DNA from: Chiloscyllium plagiosum
Taxonomy: Eukaryota
Direction: 5' to 3'
NCBI RefSeq assembly: GCF_004010195.1
Contig: NC_057719.1
Span: forward strand, 48,630,441 to 48,650,881
DNA length: 20,441 nucleotides
Position numbers and translations under genes: made by a program. Positions 19,927 to 20,441 of this stretch are shown one piece after another. Below the pieces are notes generated by a model. The model was not told the DNA's origin. It ran no database searches and saw only the letters and a list, made by a program, of their open reading frames with translations. Numbering within the stretch: position 1 is the first letter of the stretch; every line of letters starts with the position of its first letter.

Positions 19927-20441
19927 TGGATTCTGGGTAATCCAAGATGGAGAATGGGAAAAATTTGTGGCTGTAAGAGCTGCTCCTTTTTTTGAGGTAT
20001 TTTAGGTGTTGGAGGTGATTTCCTCGAATTCCAGGAGCAGCAATTTCTGTTTTATATGCTGTTGCATTGTTTTAGAACATTGGGAAAAAAAAAGTCAAAA
20101 CAACAGCAATTTAAAAGGAAGGAGAGCAGACAAAGGAAGCACATGGTGAGGACAGTGCAGGAGAGAGAGAGGGAGAAAACGAACCTGCACAGTTACCACC
20201 TTTGCTGTTTGAATTCGTGTATCGCTGGACATCGGAGTGCATCTGGGAAAATTAACAAACAGTGAAATTCACAACTAATCTTGGAGGAACTGTTGGGCGA
20301 AGTTCACAGCATAGAATCAGATAAGTTAATTGTTGTTTTAAGTCTGTCCAAGAGAAAGGCTGCAGTAGTGAGTATAATGGGTTCTTTTTGATTATATGTT
20401 TTTGGAGATAAGTCTCTTGACTAAACTTAAAATATAAGCCA
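19927..20441 (+). mobile_element. Possible 5' UTR of a CR1-clade LINE continuing beyond the window
   Basis: Starts near a YY1-like CCAAGATGG (19942-19950), has no coding signal, and resembles recalled shark repeat sequence upstream of CR1 ORF1. Cannot be verified within the window; an LTR is an alternative. Confidence 0.35.

Overview
Eukaryotic, repeat-dense non-coding DNA, most likely intronic or intergenic sequence from a shark or ray. The taxon is inferred from an HE1-type V-SINE and the shark-type CR1/HER1 LINE tails. No intact host protein-coding gene is recognisable. Most of the window is a nested mosaic of transposon relics: six Penelope-like (PLE) insertions, many CR1-clade and L2 LINE fragments, one HE1 SINE, and a degenerate PIF/Harbinger-like element whose two-exon Myb/SANT gene is split by a CR1 insertion in its intron. 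Every PLE carries a minimal type I hammerhead ribozyme or a relic of one; the copy at 18031-18070 looks intact. The most notable items are (i) a 125-bp PLE mini-insertion forming a perfect 31-bp hairpin with a 9-bp target-site duplication (TSD), about 370 bp downstream of a young same-family copy that has an 11-bp TSD and an open GIY-YIG frame; (ii) a candidate 11-nt microexon with strong splice signals at 14321-14331; (iii) a repeat-free block at about 4260-5220 with PBX-HOX plus MEIS motif pairs, a candidate enhancer. I see no convincing wholly new biological system. Family assignments rest on motifs read by eye and on recalled consensus features, not database searches, so boundaries are approximate unless a TSD or junction is cited.
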